From Candidatus Latescibacterota bacterium (GTDB lineage Bacteria > Latescibacterota > UBA2968): a DNA stretch of 64,000 nucleotides. Below are positions 37,111 to 46,044 of this stretch, one piece after another (the stretch's first letter is position 1; the number at the start of each line of letters is the position of its first letter). A model generated the notes under the pieces. That model was not told the origin of the DNA, did not search any database, and was given only the letters and a program-made list of their open reading frames with translations. Position numbers and translations under genes: made by a program. The stretch covers positions 2,176,001 to 2,240,000 of the forward strand of contig OZ242010.1 of NCBI GenBank assembly GCA_965204745.1, given 5' to 3'.

Positions 37111-38636
37111 ATTTTGACACCATCATCCAGCGCGTTTGGCCCTCTGTGCGCCAACGCTATCTGTTTCCCGAATTGCCGATGCCCGAAGTGGTCGAGTCGG
37201 GCGATGGAGATGTGTGCATCCAGATGAAGGACAAAGTGATCCAGTTGAATGCCGTGCGCTTGACCGCCCTCGCAGAGGTGATGGACGCAGAAGACGCCAC
37301 CGCCGCGCTGTTGGATCACGGGGTGGGGCACCACGCGGTTTGTCCGTGGGATTTTGAGACCCATCTCGACCTGTACGCCGCGCTCAAGCCCATCCTCTTG
37401 GACGGGGTACGGGTCAAGCAGGTGGTCGCGTATTTTATGGATGTGGTGGTCGATACCCATGCCGTGCGCGAGCGCGAATCGAAGTTGCCCGAAGTGTATC
37501 GGCACGCGGAACCGGGCGAGGTGACGGATGTGATTCGCGCCTTGTACCAACGCCTGTGGGGCGAGGATTTGGGCGTGGATGACCGCGCCGAAGTCGATAG
37601 GCTCGCGCGCATTCCCTATTTGGACGCGGCGCGATGGGGCGACAGCCTCCGGGCCTTTGCCCAAGTGATCGCCCCGTTGATCGCGCAGGCCGCAGAGCAG
37701 GGGCAAGGCGGGATGATGGGCGATGTGCAACAGTATTCGGCAGACGAACTCGCCGCGGGATTGGCGCGATTCGCGGATCAGGGGTTTTACGCATTTCGGG
37801 AAATGGTGCGCGATTTTAAGGACGAGTTGGAAGACGCGGATGCACTGCCCAACATGGGCCGGGGCAAGGGCGCGCCCTCAGATGCCGATCTGCTGTTCTA
37901 CATGGCGCGCGCCGCTGCCTTTCGCTTGCCCGTGCAACCCATGCCCATGAAAAAAGTGGGCGGACTGCATCCGCATTCTCATTCGCCGTGGGAAATCGGC
38001 AAACCCGTGCAGCATATCGACGTGTGGACGAGCTTTGGGCGCGTGATGCCGGGCATTTCCCAGATGTGGAACTGGCGAGATGGAGAGACCCACGGCCATG
38101 GCGATGGCGTGCCCGATTGCGCGATCCTCGTCGATTCCTCGGGCAGCATGGTCGATCCCTGCCGGGAACTATCCCACGCGGTTTTGGGCGCCGGATGCGC
38201 GGCAGATGCGTATTTGCGCCGGGGCAAGCGCGTTGCGGTGTACAATTTTAGCGATGCCCAAGCCGGCGGCAAAGCGGTGCTGGATTTTTCACGAGACCGA
38301 AAGCGCGTCTTTTTCGCGCTGTGCCGGTATTTCGGCGGGGGAACCGCGTTGCACCTGCCCGATCTGCAACCGCTGCTCAAAAATCATGCGGATGTCTTTT
38401 TGATGACGGACATGCAGATCACCAATCTCGATGCCCTGATGCAATTTTTGATGGGCCGCGAAAATCGCGTCACAGCGGTTCATGTGGCACAGAACCGAGA
38501 CGCACAGCGGTTTCGCCAGCGCGCCGATGCCGCGGATCACATGTGCGTCTATGCGGTTGAGCGCGCGGAGGATATTCCCAATATCGTGCTGTCCGAAGTC
38601 GAGGCGCGATTTCGCGGGGCGGAGTTCGCACCTTAA
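37107..38636 (+). CDS. VWA (MIDAS) domain protein with degenerate metallopeptidase-like N-terminus
   Basis: DSSGSM, GGGT, MTD; DHGVGHH at the HExxH-like position; ATGA overlap with the upstream gene. Confidence 0.75.
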   Translation: MNFDTIIQRVWPSVRQRYLFPELPMPEVVESGDGDVCIQMKDKVIQLNAVRLTALAEVMDAEDATAALLDHGVGHHAVCPWDFETHLDLYAALKPILLDGVRVKQVVAYFMDVVVDTHAVRERESKLPEVYRHAEPGEVTDVIRALYQRLWGEDLGVDDRAEVDRLARIPYLDAARWGDSLRAFAQVIAPLIAQAAEQGQGGMMGDVQQYSADELAAGLARFADQGFYAFREMVRDFKDELEDADALPNMGRGKGAPSDADLLFYMARAAAFRLPVQPMPMKKVGGLHPHSHSPWEIGKPVQHIDVWTSFGRVMPGISQMWNWRDGETHGHGDGVPDCAILVDSSGSMVDPCRELSHAVLGAGCAADAYLRRGKRVAVYNFSDAQAGGKAVLDFSRDRKRVFFALCRYFGGGTALHLPDLQPLLKNHADVFLMTDMQITNLDALMQFLMGRENRVTAVHVAQNRDAQRFRQRADAADHMCVYAVERAEDIPNIVLSEVEARFRGAEFAP

Positions 38637-38689
38637 AATGTGGCTGTGAGTTTTGGCTCGTGTCGCTGGTTATTTTCAAAGGAGATACT

Positions 38690-39385
38690 ATGAGGCGTTT
38701 TTTTGCGGTATGCCTGACCGCTGGCGCGTTGGGTTGCCAAAGTCAGGAGAAACCCGAATTTGTGGAAGTTGACTTGGAGAACGAGCACCACGAGCAGAGT
38801 TATGCCCTGGGCTTAAATTTGTCCGATCAACTCAAACAGCAGGGTGTAGATGTCGATGTCGATGTGTTTATGCAGGGGTTCAAAGACGGGTATGCCGGAG
38901 AGTCCGCGCTGCTGACTTCGGACCAGGCAATGGAGGTTCTCATCCAAAGGGAGCGAGAACAACGGGCGCAACAACAAGCGGAGCAAACCAAGATGGCAGA
39001 GGAAAACAAAAAAGCCGGCGAGGCGTTCCTCGCGGAAAATGGGAAAAAGGAGGGCGTGATCACACTGGACAGCGGCTTGCAATACAAGGTGATCAAAGCG
39101 GGCGAAGGCCCCAAGCCTAAAAAGACCGATACGGTCGTGTGCCACTATCGCGGCACCTTGCTCGACGGCACGCAATTCGACAGTTCTTACGACCGCGGCG
39201 AGCCGGCGGAGTTTCGCGTGGACAAACTCATCCCCGGCTGGACAGAGGCGTTGCAACTCATGCCTGCGGGCTCGAAATGGGAGCTCTATATTCCGCCCTA
39301 TCTGGGGTACGGTGCGCGACAAGCCGGGCAAATCGGCCCAAACGCCACGCTCATTTTTGAATTGGAATTGCTCGAGGTGAAATAA
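38690..39385 (+). CDS. FKBP-type peptidyl-prolyl isomerase (FkpA/Mip-like lipoprotein)
   Basis: SGLQY, HYRGTL, FDSSY, IPGWTEAL, LIFELEL; AAGGAG RBS. Confidence 0.92.
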   Translation: MRRFFAVCLTAGALGCQSQEKPEFVEVDLENEHHEQSYALGLNLSDQLKQQGVDVDVDVFMQGFKDGYAGESALLTSDQAMEVLIQREREQRAQQQAEQTKMAEENKKAGEAFLAENGKKEGVITLDSGLQYKVIKAGEGPKPKKTDTVVCHYRGTLLDGTQFDSSYDRGEPAEFRVDKLIPGWTEALQLMPAGSKWELYIPPYLGYGARQAGQIGPNATLIFELELLEVK

Positions 39386-39402
39386 TCTCACAGGAGGTCG
39401 GT

Positions 39403-41298
39403 ATGGGAAGTCCAGCAAAAAAGGCGATTGTGATCGGGATGGATGGGGCGAGTATGGAAATTGTGAAAAACATGGTCGATTGGGGGCACATGCCCAATTT
39501 GGCAAAACTGGTCGAGCGCGGCGCGTGGCGACCGATGGTGGGCGTGTTTCCCACCCTCACGCCGCCGGGCTGGACCGCGGTCTCCACCGGGTCGTGGCCG
39601 GGCAATCACGAGGTGATGGATTTCAACATCCGCGCCCTGGGCGAGCGCCTGGATCAAACCGTGTGGGGCATCGATACGGGCCTGTCCAAATCGGAATACA
39701 TTTGGAACACCTTTGAGCGGGCCGGGAAAACGCCGATCCTGGTCAAGTGGGAAATGTCGTGGCCCCCCACAGTGACGACCGGGATTCAGGTGGAAGGCAC
39801 GGGGCCCGGGGTGTCCAATCACCATCAGGTCGCCGGGTATCACTTGTTTGTAGGCGGCAAGTGGGCGCCGCGCCGATTGGTGTTGCAGCGCGATCCCGAG
39901 ACGCTGGATCCGAGTGCGTTGCAAACGGTTTCGGAATTTGATCCCGTGACCCTCAAACCCGCCGAGGGGTGGACCGCGCTTCCTGCTTCCGAGAAGGCAC
40001 CGCTCGAAGTCGAGCTGGTGATTCGGCCTTTGGCGCGGGGGCGCGCGCCGATGAATCGCGGAAAGAAGGGCACGCCCAAGGCGTTTTTCGGTTTGATTTA
40101 CGCCACGACCGCCAAGGGGTACGACCGCGTGCGCGTGTGTCGCAACCGAGACGGGGGGTCACAAGTGTGCGATTTGGGCGAGGGCGAATGGAGCGAGTGG
40201 TGGCTCGACAGCTTTGAAATCGACGGGGAGCAGGTGCGCGGTTACGTGCAGATGAAGTTGATCGCGCTGACCCACAATGCGGATATGTTCGAGTTGTTCG
40301 TGCCGCAAATTTGGCCGCCCGATGGCTATACGCAACCGGCGGTCATTGCGCGAGAAATCGACGAACATGTCGGCAATTTTTTGCAGAACCCGGCCCGCGA
40401 TGCCTTGGGCAAGATCGACGATGACACGTATTTTGAGTTGTTGGATTTCCACCACCAGCGCTTGGCCGATGTCGCGCAGTATTTGACCGGGTCTCGGGAT
40501 TGGGACTTGTTGATGATCGAGACGCACGCTTCGGATTATACGAGCCACTTCTTTTTGGGGCAGGCCGATCCCACGAGCGGCGCCGCGCAAGCCGTGCTAG
40601 ACAGGTCGCGCGAGGGGGTCTTCCGAACCTATCAATCCATCGACGGCATGATCGGGCGTCTGATGGACGATGTCGCGGATGGGGATACGGTCATCGCCGT
40701 GGTGGCGGATCACGGGGGCACGTCCAATCAATTCCCGGCGGTCAATATCCGCAAGGTGCTCGCGGAGACCGGGTTTGTGAAATACGCGGAAGATGGGGGG
40801 ATCGACTGGCGCCAAACGCGCGCATGCGACGTGGGCTTGGTGCATATCTTCATCAATCTGGAAGGCCGCGAACCAGATGGCATCGTTTCCCCGCAGGATT
40901 ACGAAAGCGTGCGCCGAGAACTGATCGCCGCGCTGATGGAATACAAGGACGAAGCCACCGGTCGCCACCCCTTCGCGCTGGCATTGACCCGGGAAAATGC
41001 CGAGATGGTCAATTTGTGGGGCGATCTGGTCGGCGATGTGGTCTATGCCCTGCACCCGGAATTCGACGGCGCGCACGGCAAGCAATTGCCGTCCGTGAGT
41101 TTTGGCATGGGGGGGCAACATTCGGCATTTGTGATCGCGGGCGCGGGCATTAAGCAGGCGGGCATGCTCACCAAACAAGTGCGCTCCATCGACGTTGCCC
41201 CCACGATCTGCTATCTCACCGGCGTGCCCATGCCCAAACAGGTCGAAGGCGGCGTGGTCTATGAGGCCCTCGAAGACCCGGACTGGCATTTGAAATAA
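39403..41298 (+). CDS. Alkaline phosphatase superfamily / nucleotide pyrophosphatase-phosphodiesterase
   Basis: IGMDGA, PTLTPPGW, VADHG, DVAPTI. Confidence 0.85.
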   Translation: MGSPAKKAIVIGMDGASMEIVKNMVDWGHMPNLAKLVERGAWRPMVGVFPTLTPPGWTAVSTGSWPGNHEVMDFNIRALGERLDQTVWGIDTGLSKSEYIWNTFERAGKTPILVKWEMSWPPTVTTGIQVEGTGPGVSNHHQVAGYHLFVGGKWAPRRLVLQRDPETLDPSALQTVSEFDPVTLKPAEGWTALPASEKAPLEVELVIRPLARGRAPMNRGKKGTPKAFFGLIYATTAKGYDRVRVCRNRDGGSQVCDLGEGEWSEWWLDSFEIDGEQVRGYVQMKLIALTHNADMFELFVPQIWPPDGYTQPAVIAREIDEHVGNFLQNPARDALGKIDDDTYFELLDFHHQRLADVAQYLTGSRDWDLLMIETHASDYTSHFFLGQADPTSGAAQAVLDRSREGVFRTYQSIDGMIGRLMDDVADGDTVIAVVADHGGTSNQFPAVNIRKVLAETGFVKYAEDGGIDWRQTRACDVGLVHIFINLEGREPDGIVSPQDYESVRRELIAALMEYKDEATGRHPFALALTRENAEMVNLWGDLVGDVVYALHPEFDGAHGKQLPSVSFGMGGQHSAFVIAGAGIKQAGMLTKQVRSIDVAPTICYLTGVPMPKQVEGGVVYEALEDPDWHLK

Positions 41299-41319
41299 GA
41301 CGCGCAGACGAAAAACAAC

Positions 41320-41350
41320 AAGCCCGAGTTCCTTGCGAACCCGGGCTTTT
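41320..41350. terminator. Bidirectional terminator (copies at 49651 and 60354)
   Basis: AAGCCCGAGTTC-CTTGC-GAACCCGGGCTTTT. Confidence 0.75.
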
Positions 41351-41375
41351 GTTTTGCGAACATCGTTTTTACGCA

Positions 41376-44300
41376 TCAGCCTCCAGTGCCGAATTGGTCG
41401 GTGAGGATCTGGCCATCGGAAAATCCAATTTCGCCATCGCTGTCGAGATCGTACCGCGCATCGTACTCCGCATCGCCTCGGCGCGTCCCATACTTAAAAA
41501 TAAAGGCTATGAAGTCGGCAAAATTAACCTGACCATCGCCATTGAAGTCGGCGGTCGGTTGTTGCACTTCAAGGGTGAACGTCAGCGAGGCGAAATCGCC
41601 ATCTGCATCAAACGCCGACAAGGTGTATTCGGTCTCGGTCATCACCTTGCTCGGCGTGCCGGAGATCGTGTGCGTGGCCGAGTCGAATCGCAATCCCTTC
41701 GGTAGGATCGGCAGTAGGATATAGACCAGCGTGCCATCGCCACCGGTGGCTTCGGGCAGGGTCATGCGGACATTGCCCCCGATGAAGTAGCGTTGCGCGG
41801 CAACCCGTGTCCCATCGCCAAAGGCAGGCAGTCGGTCCGCTATGACCGCGAGCGTGAAGGTCAATGTCGTCGCATCGCCATCTGTATCGGTTGCAGTTAG
41901 CGTGTATTCGGTTTCGTCCATTATCTCGCCCGGCGTGCCAGACAGTTCCCGCGTTGTCGCGTCAAAGGTCAGTCCCGATGGCAGAGCGGGCGTTAGGGCG
42001 TAGGTCAGTGCCTCATCGCCGCCGGTTGCCTGCGGCAAGGTGATGTTGATGGCTGTCCCTGTCCGATAGCGTTGCGCGGTGACTGTTGAACCCTTGAAGG
42101 ATGGCAGATAGTCTGGGGTGGGGTCGGGCGGGGCAGGCGGATCAGGCGGGGGCGGCGAGGGCGGTCTGTCACTGGGCGTCCCCGTTACGCCCACCGAGGG
42201 TTGCCCATCGTCGGCGTTGGTCAGGGTGGCGATGACGCGCACAGTGTATTCCGTGCCCGCGGTCAGACCGGCGATTGTCGCACTCGTCTTGCCACCGTTG
42301 TCGATGACTTGCTGACGGTCAGAGGCGTACAACGCATCCCCGGATTTCCACTGCACTTTGTAACCGGTCGCCCCGTTCACCGCATCCCACGACACGCCCA
42401 AATAGCCCTCGCCGGGCGCGACTGTCACACCCGTCACTTGCCCCGGTTCTGTCACCACTGTGACCGGCCCCGTCCCCTGCGCGGCTGTCACGGTGAAGGT
42501 CACGGACTTGTCAATATCCGCGACGTCGATAATTGCCTTAACTGTATTCGCGCCCGCAGTACCCAGGGTCAACCTCGTCGAGGCGCGCCCATTGGCATCG
42601 GTGGTATCGGTTGTGGTACTGAGCGAGCCACCGCCCGCCGTGACCGAAAAAGTGACCGGCACCCCGGCAAAGGCAACATCGTTCTGATCCCGCACTTCAA
42701 CGATGAACGGATCGGACAGGCGAGAACCAGCCGTGCCGGTTTGGTCATCGCCCGAGATTTTTACCAAACTGGCCAAGGTGCGGGAAGAGTAGCCGTAGTC
42801 TACAAAAACGCCTCGGCTCCCTAGATCCGAGATGTAGGTAGCGCGAGAAAGATAGTTTAAGGGATTACCCGTAAGCTCTATCCGTCTCAGGCTGGTTAAG
42901 CCCAACAGGGCTGAGATATCCGAGATGTTGTTTTCTTGACAATATAACCGGATCAAGCTAGTGAGACCCCGAAGCGGCGAGATATCCGAGATACGGTTTT
43001 TGTCAATATCCAGCTCTTTCAGGCTGGTTAAGCCCGACAAGGCCGAGATATCAGAGATGCGGTTGCTTTCAAGAGACAGCGTTGTCAGGCTGGTTAAGCC
43101 CGACAAGGCCGAGATATCAGAGATGTTGTTGTTGTAAAGCCACAGCCTTGTCAGGCTGGTTAAGCCCGACAAGGCCGAGATATCAGAGATATCAGAGATG
43201 CCGCTGCTGAAAAGCCACAGCGTTGTCAGGCTGGTTAAGCCCGACAAGGCCGAGATATCAGAGATGCCTCTGCTACTAAGACTCAGAAATGTCAGGCTGG
43301 TTAAGCCCGACAGGGCCGAGATATCAGAGATGCGCCAGTTGTAGGCAAGAGCCAGATGTGTCAGGCTAGTTAAGCCCGACAGGGCCGAGATATCAGAGAT
43401 GCGGTTGCCGGAAAGACCCAGATATTCCAGGCTAGTTGCATGCTCCAGCCCGGTCAAATCACCTATGCGTAAAGCCGGATCATCATCAAAGTGGAACAAG
43501 TCAAGGCGGGTCAGGGTCGCCATCTCACTTGGGGTAATGATCGCACCGCTCGATTTTTTTAGTGCGCTCTCAATGGCAGCACGCAAGTTGGCGTCGGGAA
43601 TGTTCACGTCGCGCACAACGGTCACTGTGTAGGTTTTCGTCGTCGTCCCATCTTCTGCTGTGACCACTATGGTAATGGGATTTTCGCCCACACTGAGGGA
43701 AATGGCACTGCTCGCACTGCCACTCGATACCGAAGTGCCGTTCACCGTGATCGTGGCACCGTCGTAATTGCTCGTCGGCATAATGGTCAGGCTGTCGATG
43801 CTGTGCGCCACGGTCGCCGTGTAGGAGAGAGAGTCATACACAAAGGCAGGAACCAGCGTCCCTGCCGAGAGGGTCAAGCCGATCAGGTCCGCTGTCCCAC
43901 CTGTTGCCGTGGTGAAGGTCACGGACTTGTCAATGCCCGAGACGTCGATAGCTGCTACAACCGTGTCCGCGCCCACAGTCCCCAGCGTCAACCTCGTCGA
44001 GGCGCGCCCATTGGCGTCTGTGGTATCGGTTGTGGTACTGAGCGACCCTCCGCCCGCCGTGACCGAAAAAGCGACCAGCACCCCGGCAAAGGCAACGTCG
44101 TTCTGATCCCGCACTTCAACGATGAGCGGATCGGACAGGCGATCAGTGCTACTGGTTATTTGGTCATCGCCCGAGATTTTTACCAAACTGGTCAAGGTGC
44201 GGGGAATATAGTATACATTGACGCCTCGGCTCTGGAGAGCCGGGATATGGGTAGCGAGGGAAGGATAGTTCAATAAATTATAATGAATCTCCAGACTTGT

Positions 44301-45965
44301 CAGGCTAGTGAGATCCTGAAGTGGAAGTGCCGAAATATCCGAGATGCGGTTGAAACGAAGATCCAAATATGTCAGGCTGGTTAAGCCCGATAGGGCCGAG
44401 ATATCAGAGATATGGTTTTGGTTAAGAATCAGCTCTTTCAGGCTGGTTAAGCCCGATAGTGAGATAGCCGAGATGTTGTTGCCGGAAAGATTCAGATTTG
44501 TCAGGCTGGTTAAGCCCGATAGTGAGATAGCCGAGATGTTGTTGCCGGAAAGATTCAGCGTTGTCAGGCTGGTTAAGCCCGACAGGGCCGAGATATCAGA
44601 GATGGAGTTCCTATCAAGATTCAGCGTTGTCAGGCTGGTTAAGCCCGACAGGGCCGAGATATCAGAGATGGAGTTCCTATCAAGATTCAGCGTTGTCAGG
44701 CTGGTTAAGCCCGACAGGGCCGAGTTATCAGAGATGGAGTTCCTATCAAGATTCAGCGTTGTCAGGCTGGTTAAGCCCGACAGGGCCGAGATGTCCGAGA
44801 TGCCGTTGCCGCTAAGAGACAGCGTTGTCAAGCTGGTTAAGCCCGATAGGGCCGACGACAGGGCCGAGATATCAGAGATGCCGCTAAGAGACAGCGTTGT
44901 CAGGCTGGTTAAGCCCGATAGGGCCGAGATATCAGAGATGCCGTTGACGTTTAGAAACAGCGTTGTCAGGCTAGTTAAGCCCGACAGGGCCGAGATATCA
45001 GAGATGCCGTTGACGTTTAGAGACAGCGTTGTCAGGCTGGTTAAGCCCGACAGGGCCGAGATATCCGAAAAGCGGTTGTTGTAAAGATACAGCGTTGTCA
45101 GGCTGGTTGCATGCTCCAGCCCGGTCAAATCACCTATGGGTAAATACAGACCATTGAACTTTAAGTCAAGGCTGGTCAGGGTCGCCATCTCACTTGGGGT
45201 AATGATCGCACCGCTCGATTTTTCTAGTGCGCCCTCAATAGCAGCACGCAAGTTGGCGTCGGGGATGTTCACGCCGCGCTCAACGGTCACTGTGTAGGTT
45301 TTCGTCGTGGTCCCATCTTCTGCTGTGACCACTATGGTAATGGTGTTTTCACCCACACTGAGGGAAATGGCACTGCTCGCATTACCACTCGATACCGAAG
45401 TGCCGTTCACCGTGATCGTGGCGCCGTTGTGATTGCTCGTCGGCGTAACGGTCAAGCTGTCGATGCTGTGCGCCACGGTCGCGGTGTAGGCGAGAGAGTC
45501 GCGGGCAAAGGCCGGAACCAGCGTCCCGGTCGAGAGCGTCAGACCGCTCAAATCCTCATCGCTTGAAGCGGTATTCTGCGTGTTCACACCGCGCTCAACG
45601 GTCACTGTGTAGGTTTTCGTCGTCGTCCCATCTTCTGCTGTGACCACTATGGTAATGGTGTTTTCGCCCACACTGAGGGAAATGGCACGGCTCGCGTTGC
45701 CACTCGATACCGAAGTGCCGTTCACCGTGATCGTGGCACCGTTGTGGTTGCTCGTCGGCGTGACGGTCAGGCTGTCGATGCTGTTCGCCACGGTCGCGGT
45801 GTAGGCGAGAGAGTCACGCACAAAGGCCGGAGCCAGCGTCCCTGCCGAGAGCGTCAGGCCGCTCAGGTCCGCATCGCTTGAAGCGGTATTCTGCGCGGCG
45901 GATTCGCCACAAACAACGAGCAGGGCGCAGAGCAGAAGAACGGAGCTAAAAGGGCGGTAGGTCAT
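41376..45965 (-). CDS. Internalin-like LRR surface protein (cadherin-like beta-sandwich, LRR, Big-1, FN3, putative Ig, C-terminal dockerin-like domain)
   Basis: Signal peptide; IPDANLRAAI cap; 22-aa ISDISALSGLTSLTxLxL repeats; DFNGDGQVNFADF; start at ATG 45965 with GGAG RBS. Confidence 0.88.
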   Translation of the reverse strand: MTYRPFSSVLLLCALLVVCGESAAQNTASSDADLSGLTLSAGTLAPAFVRDSLAYTATVANSIDSLTVTPTSNHNGATITVNGTSVSSGNASRAISLSVGENTITIVVTAEDGTTTKTYTVTVERGVNTQNTASSDEDLSGLTLSTGTLVPAFARDSLAYTATVAHSIDSLTVTPTSNHNGATITVNGTSVSSGNASSAISLSVGENTITIVVTAEDGTTTKTYTVTVERGVNIPDANLRAAIEGALEKSSGAIITPSEMATLTSLDLKFNGLYLPIGDLTGLEHATSLTTLYLYNNRFSDISALSGLTSLTTLSLNVNGISDISALSGLTSLTTLFLNVNGISDISALSGLTSLTTLSLSGISDISALSSALSGLTSLTTLSLSGNGISDISALSGLTSLTTLNLDRNSISDNSALSGLTSLTTLNLDRNSISDISALSGLTSLTTLNLDRNSISDISALSGLTSLTTLNLSGNNISAISLSGLTSLTNLNLSGNNISAISLSGLTSLKELILNQNHISDISALSGLTSLTYLDLRFNRISDISALPLQDLTSLTSLEIHYNLLNYPSLATHIPALQSRGVNVYYIPRTLTSLVKISGDDQITSSTDRLSDPLIVEVRDQNDVAFAGVLVAFSVTAGGGSLSTTTDTTDANGRASTRLTLGTVGADTVVAAIDVSGIDKSVTFTTATGGTADLIGLTLSAGTLVPAFVYDSLSYTATVAHSIDSLTIMPTSNYDGATITVNGTSVSSGSASSAISLSVGENPITIVVTAEDGTTTKTYTVTVVRDVNIPDANLRAAIESALKKSSGAIITPSEMATLTRLDLFHFDDDPALRIGDLTGLEHATSLEYLGLSGNRISDISALSGLTSLTHLALAYNWRISDISALSGLTSLTFLSLSSRGISDISALSGLTSLTTLWLFSSGISDISDISALSGLTSLTRLWLYNNNISDISALSGLTSLTTLSLESNRISDISALSGLTSLKELDIDKNRISDISPLRGLTSLIRLYCQENNISDISALLGLTSLRRIELTGNPLNYLSRATYISDLGSRGVFVDYGYSSRTLASLVKISGDDQTGTAGSRLSDPFIVEVRDQNDVAFAGVPVTFSVTAGGGSLSTTTDTTDANGRASTRLTLGTAGANTVKAIIDVADIDKSVTFTVTAAQGTGPVTVVTEPGQVTGVTVAPGEGYLGVSWDAVNGATGYKVQWKSGDALYASDRQQVIDNGGKTSATIAGLTAGTEYTVRVIATLTNADDGQPSVGVTGTPSDRPPSPPPPDPPAPPDPTPDYLPSFKGSTVTAQRYRTGTAINITLPQATGGDEALTYALTPALPSGLTFDATTRELSGTPGEIMDETEYTLTATDTDGDATTLTFTLAVIADRLPAFGDGTRVAAQRYFIGGNVRMTLPEATGGDGTLVYILLPILPKGLRFDSATHTISGTPSKVMTETEYTLSAFDADGDFASLTFTLEVQQPTADFNGDGQVNFADFIAFIFKYGTRRGDAEYDARYDLDSDGEIGFSDGQILTDQFGTGG

Positions 45966-46044
45966 GATAAACTCCAAAAGTTATACTGCCGGGCGGTGAA
46001 AAAAATAGAATATACGCGATTGTAGCGTGATTGGATGCCACGCC

